Part shown: in pieces, positions 28,013-36,366 of the stretch
How the letters are laid out: each line of letters opens with the position of its first letter
How positions within the stretch are numbered: the stretch's first letter is position 1
Origin: an uncultured virus (IMG/VR IMGVR_UViG_3300037245_004243)
Taxonomy: Duplodnaviria; Heunggongvirae; Uroviricota; Caudoviricetes
Virus record (IMG/VR): IMGVR_UViG_3300037245_004243
Span: 32,001-96,000 of that record
DNA: 64,000 nt
Strand: one strand, 5' to 3'
Made by a program: the position numbers and the translations under genes
Notes under the pieces: model-generated
Database searches by the model: none
Told to the model about the DNA's origin: nothing
What the model saw: only the letters and a program-made list of their open reading frames with translations

Positions 28013-28891
28013 ATGGGTAAAATAGGGACATTAGAACAAATTTATGCCAGGAAACAGGCTAAGAAAAGCAAGGAAGCCATTCGGTTGGCGCAAACCATAT
28101 TAGACTCAACCCACAAACACTGCACCGAATTATTGGAAGCAGGGGTAATACCCGACGCAACGCGCCATTATAAGATCGGTGACCGGGTCCGATATGGCGC
28201 CTGGGATTGGAGTGCCGTCCTCGCCGTTTACGAAAACGGGAAATATTATAAGCTGGTCACACAAACTCGCCACATCGGTCGCAATATTCCGGACTCTTCC
28301 GAACTAAGAATTCATTATCTACCTTGGTTTAATTTCGTTTCTTACCAGAGCCCTGAAGAGATTTTTGAAATCGATTCCCTTATCGAGGGCGATGATATAT
28401 TTTTCAGTTATTCCCAACGGGATTTGAGTTCCTTAATAAATATGTATTTCAACAAGCATGGGATTGATTTCGAGCCGGAATATCAACGAGGTAATGTCTG
28501 GTCGCTTGAAAAAAAGGTCGAGCTAATAGATTCTATCTTTAAAAATGTGGATATAGGAAAATTTGCCGTCATCAGCAGACCCTGGGGACCGGACGGCAAC
28601 AAGCCACTCACACCCAAATTGTGGGAGATGCTCGACGGGAAGCAGCGCCTAACGGCCATCATCGATTTTTTTACTAACCAGTTTTCCTATAAAGGTAAAT
28701 ATTACGATGACTTGTCACCGCACGATAGATACCATTTCAAACATTATTCAGCGGCGATTGCCGAAACAGAGAATTTGACCAAGGCACAAAAGTACCGTTA
28801 CTTTTTAAAATTGAATACAACCGGCACACCCCAAGATCCCGAACATATGAAAAAGGTCACCGATATGCTTGCCAAGGAGATGAAAAAATGA
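28013..28891 (+). CDS. DUF262 (GmrS/ParB-like) domain protein
   Basis: PEYQRG.VW...K..LIDSI, LDGKQRLTAI..F, YFLKLN..GTP. Confidence 0.85.
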   Translation: MGKIGTLEQIYARKQAKKSKEAIRLAQTILDSTHKHCTELLEAGVIPDATRHYKIGDRVRYGAWDWSAVLAVYENGKYYKLVTQTRHIGRNIPDSSELRIHYLPWFNFVSYQSPEEIFEIDSLIEGDDIFFSYSQRDLSSLINMYFNKHGIDFEPEYQRGNVWSLEKKVELIDSIFKNVDIGKFAVISRPWGPDGNKPLTPKLWEMLDGKQRLTAIIDFFTNQFSYKGKYYDDLSPHDRYHFKHYSAAIAETENLTKAQKYRYFLKLNTTGTPQDPEHMKKVTDMLAKEMKK

Positions 28892-29067
28892 GTGAAGACT
28901 TAGGATTATTTCAAGTAGTATGCCCGGTTTGCTCGCGAGCCTTTGACCTGGATGAAACGGTTATTCAGAAAGTATGGTCTCAATCATTTAAGGAAGGTTT
29001 AAAAGTTATCTGCCCGGCCTGTGGGTGTCAACGATGCTCAGATTTGCCGGATGACGAAGAGGAATAA
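28888..29067 (+). CDS. 59-aa zinc-ribbon protein (not in ORF track)
   Basis: ATGA overlap; VCPVC...ICPACG. Confidence 0.65.
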   Translation: MSEDLGLFQVVCPVCSRAFDLDETVIQKVWSQSFKEGLKVICPACGCQRCSDLPDDEEE

Positions 29068-29070
29068 AAA

Positions 29071-29271
29071 ATGGAAAGACGATCATTTATAAAAATCATT
29101 GCTGGAATTGCAGTCGCGCCATTAAGTTTTTTGAAAGTCGCCGCCGCTTCCACGGTCCCGGTATCAGTTGTTAAGGTCAGAGCTAAACCCCGGTTATTAA
29201 AATGTCGATGGACATTGGAATGTCAAAGGGATTTGGAAGTAATGGGATTGGAGGAAAAAATATGCTGCTGA
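29071..29271 (+). CDS. twin-arginine-leader peptide carrying a gp23-like segment
   Basis: MERRSFIK plus hydrophobic stretch; VRAKPRLLKCRWTLECQRDL vs gp23 VTAKTRKLKAKWTEELEQDL. Confidence 0.7.
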   Translation: MERRSFIKIIAGIAVAPLSFLKVAAASTVPVSVVKVRAKPRLLKCRWTLECQRDLEVMGLEEKICC

Positions 29272-29534
29272 AAAGACGATCATTTCTAAAATTTCTCGGT
29301 ATAGTTGCCACTGCTCCCCTGAGTTTAATTCCAACCGCCGCAAAAGAGGCCAGTCGGTTAGGGTTAGATCGGTTAGATCGGTTAATCTATATGCCTGATA
29401 TTAATGGATATGTTTATTGTCCCTATATTCCTTTGACGGTTACTAAAACATACAGGATGGGAAAAACATACAGCATGGGAAGCACCTGGACTGAAGAATT
29501 GGATAAAGATTTACCCAAAATATTTGGAGTTTAA
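29262..29534 (+). CDS. twin-arginine-leader peptide carrying two gp23-like segments
   Basis: GGAGG RBS; MLLKRRSFLK; GYVYCPYIPL vs gp23 GIYYAPYIPL; WTEELDKDL vs WTEELEQDL. Confidence 0.7.
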   Translation: MLLKRRSFLKFLGIVATAPLSLIPTAAKEASRLGLDRLDRLIYMPDINGYVYCPYIPLTVTKTYRMGKTYSMGSTWTEELDKDLPKIFGV

Positions 29535-29745
29535 ATTGGAAAAATTTATTAGAGAAAACGGGCTGCAGAAACGGAATGGATTAGACGAGTGGTATAGCCG
29601 CGACGGGAAGACCCGGCTTGTTAAATTGGGCGCCCGGTATCGCCTGGATGTCAAAATCAAAAATTGGTCCGCATTTCATTCCGATTATATTATCGGTCAC
29701 CGGGAGCGTGAATTCAAAAGCGTTGTCGGTCGACAACGCTATTAG
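29524..29745 (+). CDS. hypothetical protein
   Basis: 73-aa ORF, last of the + strand island. Confidence 0.45.
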   Translation: MEFKLEKFIRENGLQKRNGLDEWYSRDGKTRLVKLGARYRLDVKIKNWSAFHSDYIIGHREREFKSVVGRQRY

Positions 29746-31130
29746 AATTTTATTTCGGTCCAGGGCTTGATCGTTGTTTTTTCTCTGATGTTTGCGCCAC
29801 CTGTTCGAACGATTTCTTTAAAGAATGCCCGTGTCCATTCGCCAAGCTGACCAACCCGGCCAGCAACCCATTTTCTAAATGCTTCGGCAAATGCCTCAGC
29901 CGGATTTGTATTTCCGTAATCGGTAATAAATTCTAATGTGACACGTTCACCAGAATGTTGCTTTTGCATCCAACCCGTGTATATCGCTAATTTTTTCATA
30001 AACCCGCGCTCGCTATCTTGATTATAATCGTATGAAGCATATTTATCTTGCACACTCCAGATAGGGGTCCGGTCGGCTAAATTTATGAAAACGGTTTTTA
30101 GTGTCGGGTCATCAATATTCGCCCTGGCATCAGCAAGAATGTCTTTCCGCTTCTTGAAATGGCCATATTTAGTATCGAAATATCGATCACAAAATTTCTG
30201 GATCATCTCGTCATTCATATCGATCATGCCGCTATTGATTTTATCTTCCCATGCTTTTTGTGCGCGATTGGGTACCCGCCTGAACCAATATCGATGGCCG
30301 ATTTCATGGACGAGCGTACTGTCATTTAAATTATCGCTCATGCCCAACGGAAAAATATAAAGGGTGTCATCTTCTTTGCGATATGCGCCACCGATCATCC
30401 CGCCGCTTATTCCAGAAACCGTGCTTGGTTTGAAATTGATTTCAACGGTAAAATCTGTTAACGCACTTTTAAGACCGGCCTTTTTTATCGCTCTGACGGC
30501 AACCGGCAAAGATTTTAAAAACTTTTTTATCCATTTTGTGGCGTAATCCGCATGATTAACGTTTTTTACTAAAACATTAACGCCGTGAACATTGACCTGA
30601 TGATCCGGAATGATTTCGCTTATTTTATCCGCTTCATAAACGATTAGCTCATCAATGGCATCGAATGCCGCCTTAAATGCCCTGGTGTATCGGGCAATGT
30701 TTGTTTTTCTTGGATCTGATCCTATGTTGGTGTCTAAAGCCCACGGCGCCCAAAGGTGCTTATCGGTTTTATAATCATAATCCATAGGGAAAAGTGACAT
30801 AATCGAAGTATGTGCCGCCCAACCCTTTTCTCGGACCTTGACCTGATAAATGTTTTCGCCACCTTTTCGGTCGTCGTCATAAGGAAGGTGACTTCGGTCT
30901 AATAATTCATTAAAAACCCACCGCTCCCAATTTGTATTGAATAATTGCCAGGCATTCTTTACCTTCATGAACACCTTCAACGCCCTGTCTGAATCATCAG
31001 TTTTCAGGGACCGATAAAGCTTTGTCATTCGACGCAGATCTTTTTTCCACTGTGTCGCCTTTTTTCTAAAATCGGCAACACGTTTTTCGTAACCCGCGCC
31101 TTCAACTATTTCGGTCCAGGACTTAATCAT
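29742..31130 (-). CDS. zincin-like metallopeptidase, putative internal head protein
   Basis: GGAY...LYI, LVHEIGH, ITDYG.TNPAEAFAEAF; begins MIKSWTEIVE|G. Confidence 0.7.
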   Translation of the reverse strand: MIKSWTEIVEGAGYEKRVADFRKKATQWKKDLRRMTKLYRSLKTDDSDRALKVFMKVKNAWQLFNTNWERWVFNELLDRSHLPYDDDRKGGENIYQVKVREKGWAAHTSIMSLFPMDYDYKTDKHLWAPWALDTNIGSDPRKTNIARYTRAFKAAFDAIDELIVYEADKISEIIPDHQVNVHGVNVLVKNVNHADYATKWIKKFLKSLPVAVRAIKKAGLKSALTDFTVEINFKPSTVSGISGGMIGGAYRKEDDTLYIFPLGMSDNLNDSTLVHEIGHRYWFRRVPNRAQKAWEDKINSGMIDMNDEMIQKFCDRYFDTKYGHFKKRKDILADARANIDDPTLKTVFINLADRTPIWSVQDKYASYDYNQDSERGFMKKLAIYTGWMQKQHSGERVTLEFITDYGNTNPAEAFAEAFRKWVAGRVGQLGEWTRAFFKEIVRTGGANIREKTTIKPWTEIKF

Positions 31131-31437
31131 CGGTATCATCGTCCTTTGCGTCCTTTGTGACCGCCCCTATATTGGGAACAGAAATGTAATCGGACATTAT
31201 CCGGGGTCCGAATATTTCAATTTTCTTCTTTATCATTCGATATCTTGATTGATCTTCCATACCTTGCCAGTCCCAACTTTCATCATTCCAGCAAAAATCT
31301 TTTGTAAACTTGGTTTTCTGTGAAATATCACGCATTTGCCGGGTTTTGCACTTTGGGCATTTTAATTGAGCCTCTGCCGGTCTTAACAGAGGCTCGAATT
31401 TAGTTTTACATTTCGGACAACCAAATTTATAAGACAC
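31123..31437 (-). CDS. FmdB-like zinc-ribbon protein
   Basis: Y.F.CPKC..KFE......CPKC. Confidence 0.6.
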   Translation of the reverse strand: MSYKFGCPKCKTKFEPLLRPAEAQLKCPKCKTRQMRDISQKTKFTKDFCWNDESWDWQGMEDQSRYRMIKKKIEIFGPRIMSDYISVPNIGAVTKDAKDDDTDD

Positions 31438-31453
31438 CCGGCAAACTTTCTGA

Positions 31454-32074
31454 TTAGATGAGGTTCCATTCTTTTTTCAGTTCAAGACGCATGCTTTTCA
31501 GACTTTTTCGACGATCCAATTTAACGCCAAGCTCCTCGGCATAAGCATCAAGTTTTTTCTTGCTTGTAAAACTTTCGATGGCTTTAAGCAGGTCGATCTT
31601 GACTTCTTCAGGGATGGCAGTGGCTTCATCGTCATTGTCGATCTTGACTTCTTCAGGGATGGCAGTGGCTTCATCGTCAATATCTGCCAATTTGGCGTCC
31701 AGCTCGGCAGGGACCGATGAAAATTCGATGTCACCATCGGGATCAAATTCATCATTTTCGGCCTTCGCCATTTCAATAACTTCATCAACGATATCGTCAT
31801 CAACCATCTTGACACCGGGGTCAGGTTCATATCTCGCTGCTGTGGCCTCATATTCAATAGCATGTTCTTTAGCCGGTTCGATGTCAGCGTCAGCGTCTAA
31901 CTCTTCAGCTTCGGGCAATGGCGCCGCCTCCTCGCGAATAATCTTGAAGGTCGACGGGTATTTATCCGCGATCTCCTTGTCAAGCCAAACTGGGACATTC
32001 CGTAATACTGGAAATCGGCCGTCCTCACAAATAAAATTGGTATTGCACATGGTATGTTCGCATAAAACTTTCAT
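31454..32074 (-). CDS. acidic protein with a C-terminal helix-extension-helix motif resembling T4 Inh
   Basis: KKKLDAYAEELGVKLDRRKS resembles the Inh/Rho-N-type motif; DDEATAIPEEVKID is duplicated. Confidence 0.45.
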   Translation of the reverse strand: MKVLCEHTMCNTNFICEDGRFPVLRNVPVWLDKEIADKYPSTFKIIREEAAPLPEAEELDADADIEPAKEHAIEYEATAARYEPDPGVKMVDDDIVDEVIEMAKAENDEFDPDGDIEFSSVPAELDAKLADIDDEATAIPEEVKIDNDDEATAIPEEVKIDLLKAIESFTSKKKLDAYAEELGVKLDRRKSLKSMRLELKKEWNLI

Positions 32075-32096
32075 AATTTTTCTCCTTTAAAATGAT

Positions 32097-32714
32097 TTAC
32101 TGTTCTCCGAAAATATTAGTCTCATCAAAATTTAAAATATCACTGGCCTCATCTTCAAACTGATCGGCCTCGTCCGTGCCCTCCTTTATGTCATTCATAA
32201 AAGTATCGATATCGTCAACCATACCTTCAGCACTTTCGAATCGCTCATGTGAATATTTGAACAATGTGAGGGTCAAACGAAACATCATTTGCCCGGCACC
32301 GAACTGATAAAATCCCTGAGGTTTCGCAGCGTGATCGACTTTGAACATTTTCTGGCTTGCTGGATGATATATCAGGTCACCTTCAAAAGGTACATCCATG
32401 CCCGTCTCTTTTTTGAAAACATCCACGCCCACCGTTAATATTAATTGATCGTCCACGGTAAAACCAAATTTGCCGAATAGGTCGCCATTGCCTTCGAATT
32501 GCTGGAAGTTTTCGATGTACATTGTGATGGTCTTACTGGAATCAAATTTGTTGCTGCCATCCTCCCCAAATATATTATCTGGATTCTCCAATTTTCTCTG
32601 CAAATAGACGAAATCGATGCCGTATATTTCTGCGACTTCATTACACATTCCCCGGTAAAGGTTGTATTCCGGATCTGCCTCGTCGACATGATGTTTAAAA
32701 TATGGATTACCCAT
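32097..32714 (-). CDS. gp14: neck protein
   Basis: NPYF, YG....YL.R, IFGED..NKF, MYIEN...FEG.GD.F.KFG, P.EGDLIY.P, FYQ.G, F.YS.E. Confidence 0.93.
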   Translation of the reverse strand: MGNPYFKHHVDEADPEYNLYRGMCNEVAEIYGIDFVYLQRKLENPDNIFGEDGSNKFDSSKTITMYIENFQQFEGNGDLFGKFGFTVDDQLILTVGVDVFKKETGMDVPFEGDLIYHPASQKMFKVDHAAKPQGFYQFGAGQMMFRLTLTLFKYSHERFESAEGMVDDIDTFMNDIKEGTDEADQFEDEASDILNFDETNIFGEQ

Positions 32715-33159
32715 TATTTCCCCAATATTTTAGAGCGACCGTTTTGTCAGCGCCTTTTAATAAATCATAATTGATGTAATTAATATTTTCTGGCTTGAGC
32801 CGTTTCAAAGGTATCATTTTTGAGCCATCCCAAATACTCATTAATGCTGGAGGTACATTCTCATAAGTTTTCCATTCACGGGGTCTGCCAGCTTCGATAT
32901 CAAAATCTCGTTTCACCTGTAAAATTGCAATTGGCTCGCTTTGCTTGACAAATTGCGAAATAAAATAAAACGCTTCGTTATATGTCTCGGCCAGAAATAT
33001 TTTATCTCCCATACCGGAATAGCCATGCGATTTCGTATTTGATGCGGACCCAATTTCCAATCCATTAGATTTCATGGACGACAAATTACTCGAGCGAGTT
33101 CCATGAAATAGAATTTTAGGTTTTGTGCCCTCGGCCAGTAGTTGCCTAAAGGATTTCAT
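32707..33159 (-). CDS. CTS-like leader plus ADP-ribosyltransferase-like (KptA/Tpt1-like) fold
   Basis: MKSFRQLLAE|G; LFHGT...L.S...NGL, IFLA.....A, NVPP. Confidence 0.6.
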   Translation of the reverse strand: MKSFRQLLAEGTKPKILFHGTRSSNLSSMKSNGLEIGSASNTKSHGYSGMGDKIFLAETYNEAFYFISQFVKQSEPIAILQVKRDFDIEAGRPREWKTYENVPPALMSIWDGSKMIPLKRLKPENINYINYDLLKGADKTVALKYWGNNG

Positions 33160-33833
33160 AGTCCGCCAATTTTATTAAAGAGTTTTTCGAACGGGAATTT
33201 TTTCTGTTTCTCTTCAATATCTTTATGGATAAAATTTGCAAGTTGCCGCGCATCCCAATTAGGATCGCCTTGCTTATAATTGAATTTACGCCAGACCTTT
33301 TCAGGGATAATCTCATAATAATAAATTTCTTTATTCCCGCCCATCGTCGGGTCCATTGCCTTTTTACCATCTATTAAAAAAGCATGGGTCGTTGTGTTAT
33401 GCCCGGTTGCATATTGGAGAACTTTTTCTTTAGCAGGATTCTGCTGCACCGCTCTTTTCATATCATCGAAAACTTGTGGATTGGCCATTATACCATATGC
33501 AAGTTTCATTTTTGGATAATCGGCGCCGAAACGATGCATAAAATCAAGAGCATTATAAAAGCAACCATGCCTTACACAGGAAGCGCCGAGCTCTTTTAAT
33601 CCTTTCGGGAGTCTCTTTGCGCCTTTTGATACATTTCCTTTTTTTGCGGCCTCTACCATAAAACCAATGGCATAATGATCTCGAGTAAGATTAATGCGCA
33701 AATATTCGTTATTTATGCCTTCATCGGGATATTGTTTTGCCCACATCCGGCCAAGATCCTGGAGGTGTTTTACGATATTATCAGCGAGATCACTAACTCC
33801 ACTTTCGGTCAGAATTTGATGAAAGGTTTTCAT
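33156..33833 (-). CDS. CTS-like leader plus Cys-His-Asp (papain/transglutaminase-like) domain
   Basis: MKTFHQILTE|S; GCFYNA...LAYG...HAFL......DPT. Confidence 0.55.
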   Translation of the reverse strand: MKTFHQILTESGVSDLADNIVKHLQDLGRMWAKQYPDEGINNEYLRINLTRDHYAIGFMVEAAKKGNVSKGAKRLPKGLKELGASCVRHGCFYNALDFMHRFGADYPKMKLAYGIMANPQVFDDMKRAVQQNPAKEKVLQYATGHNTTTHAFLIDGKKAMDPTMGGNKEIYYYEIIPEKVWRKFNYKQGDPNWDARQLANFIHKDIEEKQKKFPFEKLFNKIGGL

Positions 33834-33854
33834 GTATACCCCTAATTTTGTATA

Positions 33855-33931
33855 TGGTGGACCGAGTAGGATTTGAACCTACGACCTGAGCCGTGCAAAA
33901 GCCCTGCTCTCCCAGACTGAGCTACCAGCCC
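33855..33931 (-). tRNA. tRNA-Ala (TGC)
   Basis: GGGCTGG-TA-GCTC/GAGC D arm, GGGCT-TTTGCAC-GGCTC anticodon arm, GTAGG-TTCAAAT-CCTAC T arm, TCGGTCC-A-CCA; G3:U70 Ala determinant. Confidence 0.95.
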
Positions 33932-33934
33932 ACA

Positions 33935-34348
33935 TTATGCTATCTCGATATTGGATATCTTTTTAATATTATAGACAAAAACTTGTTTACCGAGATCACT
34001 GGCATCAATCCCATATCTTACAACATCTCGCGTATATTGCTGAGGAGATCCGGCAATGATACCAACAACACTGTCCAAAGTTTCAAATTTGTCGCCCTTC
34101 CAAACATTACCTTTGAATTTAAATTTCAGAACGATAATTTCCCGACGCCCGAAAAACGCTTCAACAGCCTTTTTTGATTTGGCAGCGCTTACCGCATAAT
34201 CGTTCGCCCATCTCGGCTTAATATAAATTAATTTGAAGCCGCCAGCGAGGATTTTTTTGACGTTATCTGGATTTCTCACGCCGTGATATAGGGTCATCGA
34301 CCGGACTTTTTCCTCGCCCTCATTTAACCACGTTTTAAAATTTTGCAT
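33935..34348 (-). CDS. CTS-like leader plus ART-like fold
   Basis: MQNFKTWLNE|G; LYHG......KIL.GGF ... GIDA.....VFVYN...I. Confidence 0.55.
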   Translation of the reverse strand: MQNFKTWLNEGEEKVRSMTLYHGVRNPDNVKKILAGGFKLIYIKPRWANDYAVSAAKSKKAVEAFFGRREIIVLKFKFKGNVWKGDKFETLDSVVGIIAGSPQQYTRDVVRYGIDASDLGKQVFVYNIKKISNIEIA

Positions 34349-34349
34349 T

Positions 34350-34700
34350 TTAGCCCTTATTTAAATGTATTCTCATATCCTTCATGAGATCTCTTTTCCC
34401 GGCCAATTTCGGCTTTTTCTTCCCGGCTAATTCATCATCAGAAAGTTGATCGGCAAAGTGTCGCCCGGCAATGGAATCCAGAAAGACGCGCATGGAATTT
34501 TCTGTCGCTTTGAAATACTTTGAAAGGATTGTGGCATATCTGGCAAATGCCCTGGCGGTGCCCGTCATATCCATATTCAGACGATTATAGGCCACGCCAT
34601 GAAACCCTCTGTGCTCATTATCACTCATCTGCTGCTTTTTTGACGCAAAGTCTGGCCAACTTGCAGTATTTATTTCCAGTATTTTTCGGTAAGTTTTCAT
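34350..34700 (-). CDS. putative internal head protein
   Basis: ATG 34700: MKTYRKILE; cargo contains FLDSIAGRHFADQL. Confidence 0.65.
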   Translation of the reverse strand: MKTYRKILEINTASWPDFASKKQQMSDNEHRGFHGVAYNRLNMDMTGTARAFARYATILSKYFKATENSMRVFLDSIAGRHFADQLSDDELAGKKKPKLAGKRDLMKDMRIHLNKG

Positions 34701-34704
34701 TTCA

Positions 34705-35016
34705 TCAGTCTCCCACAAATTTTCGTTTATTTCGGAATGACATCCCGGTCAACGTTTTTCGGATATCATCATCCTTCAAATGCCCCAGGGAAAGCCCTAA
34801 TCTTCGGCATTGCTTGAGCATATCATCCCGCCCCATCGTTTTAGCGCATTGATCAAATTGCAATGTTAGCGCCCCACGTGTGCTAAATTTGCCACGCTTA
34901 AAAGCCATTGGCGGACTATACGCGCCAACGCCTGTCCCGGCCACGGTCATCTCATCGAGGTCTTCATCGGGTCCGGCCACAACCCCATCTAATATATCCC
35001 GGTATGAATGGGTCAT
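34705..35016 (-). CDS. putative internal head protein
   Basis: MTHSYRDILD...DLDE|MTVAGTGVGAYSPPMAF; strong GGAGG RBS. Confidence 0.6.
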   Translation of the reverse strand: MTHSYRDILDGVVAGPDEDLDEMTVAGTGVGAYSPPMAFKRGKFSTRGALTLQFDQCAKTMGRDDMLKQCRRLGLSLGHLKDDDIRKTLTGMSFRNKRKFVGD

Positions 35017-35038
35017 CGTATTTCCCCTCCTCCATCCA

Positions 35039-35452
35039 TTATAACCAGCTCCCCATAGATAATTTATCGAAGGCTTTGAATGCGGTCTTGGCGTTTGCCA
35101 GATCTTTTCCGAACTTCCCGGCAGTTCCTTCGTTTAACTTGTTTATCTCGTCAAGCAAGTCACGCATATTATCAGCCACACCATAATAAGCCTCGTGAAG
35201 GTCATTGATATTTTTCTGATTTCCTTTTGACTCTTTACGATAGGCGTCAATAACGGCCTTTTCCTGTGACGACTCGGAGATATTCTTACCTTTGATTCTA
35301 TTCAGCATAATACCATATACATCCCCGCTGCCGAAATCGACCTGGGCCATATCACCATCGATCTTGATAACTTTGCCCTTTCGGCCACCTTTGTTTAATT
35401 CGTCGCCAACCTTTACTTTGCTCTCAATTATAATATTCCGAAATGATTTCAT
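35039..35452 (-). CDS. putative internal head (poly)protein with an SH3/KOW-like first domain
   Basis: MKSFRNIIIE|S; further ISE|S and LNE|G sites. Confidence 0.65.
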   Translation of the reverse strand: MKSFRNIIIESKVKVGDELNKGGRKGKVIKIDGDMAQVDFGSGDVYGIMLNRIKGKNISESSQEKAVIDAYRKESKGNQKNINDLHEAYYGVADNMRDLLDEINKLNEGTAGKFGKDLANAKTAFKAFDKLSMGSWL

Positions 35453-35498
35453 GGATTTTTCCTTTTTATTTTAAGCTTACCCTTAAAGGGCCTTAATG

Positions 35499-35897
35499 TC
35501 AAGCTTTTTGAGTCGTCCAGACAATTTTATCGCCCTTTTCAAGATCTTGAGCATCCGGCAATCTTTGAACTTCAAAATCGCCATTTTTCATTTTTACAAC
35601 GGCCTGATGTGATCCTTTGCGACGATATTCCTTTTCTGCTTCCTTTTTCGCCGTTTTTAAATCTGAATACTCTTCCTGTAAAATTTCCCTATATGATTTC
35701 ATAGTTGTAATCTTTTCTGTTATTAAAATTTTGTTACCCTGCATCTTCCAGGAGATGCCCGGTATAGAATTTAAAAACTTTTTAGCGCCTGGCCAAAACT
35801 CAACCACCAATTTGCCGCTCACTTTTAAACGTCGGTAAAAGCGCCGCTGCTGGAAATCCATCTCCTCGCGAATGAGATCTTTAGGCTCCACGAACAC
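35499..35897 (-). CDS. putative internal head protein with an internal CTS-like leader at 35702
   Basis: Codon 66 begins MKSYREILQE|E. Confidence 0.6.
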   Translation of the reverse strand: MFVEPKDLIREEMDFQQRRFYRRLKVSGKLVVEFWPGAKKFLNSIPGISWKMQGNKILITEKITTMKSYREILQEEYSDLKTAKKEAEKEYRRKGSHQAVVKMKNGDFEVQRLPDAQDLEKGDKIVWTTQKA

Positions 35898-36150
35898 CCA
35901 GTTCCTTTAGACGTTTGAAGGCTACTTCGGCCTCGTCGTGTAGATTTTGATTCTCGAGTGCGTCAACCCAAATTTCAATCTTTTCGACTTTATTCATCTT
36001 TTTGGATCGCAAATTGAGTGCCTTGGTGAATTTTGCTCTGTCACCCTTTGCTCTGACTTCAAAATCATGGATTCTTTTTTCGGCCTTGTCGATCTCGGCC
36101 TGGCGACGATTCTCGGTCATTTCTTTTAAAATTTGTCTATACGATTTCAT
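35881..36150 (-). CDS. putative internal head protein
   Basis: MKSYRQILKE|M. Confidence 0.7.
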   Translation of the reverse strand: MKSYRQILKEMTENRRQAEIDKAEKRIHDFEVRAKGDRAKFTKALNLRSKKMNKVEKIEIWVDALENQNLHDEAEVAFKRLKELGVRGA

Positions 36151-36165
36151 TGGTGAATTCCCCCT

Positions 36166-36366
36166 TTATCCGAAAAAATGATCATAAAAATCATTATTTC
36201 CTATATTTGCCATGCTATGAATCAATCCAGAACCTGTATTTGACACCTCATCCTTTTTTAATTCTGCTATTACTTTAGGCAGACTTTTTTGGATTTTTTC
36301 AAGATAGGATATCATATCTTTCATTGGATCTGATTTTTCATTACAAATATTCTTAAAAGTTTTCAT
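36166..36366 (-). CDS. putative internal head protein
   Basis: MKTFKNICNE|K. Confidence 0.65.
   Translation of the reverse strand: MKTFKNICNEKSDPMKDMISYLEKIQKSLPKVIAELKKDEVSNTGSGLIHSMANIGNNDFYDHFFG

Noticed and set aside
31590-31680. Tandem DDEATAIPEEVKID duplication; also GTAAGGAGAATCC x2 near 3691-3721
   Set aside because: Short local slippage duplications with no evidence of function.
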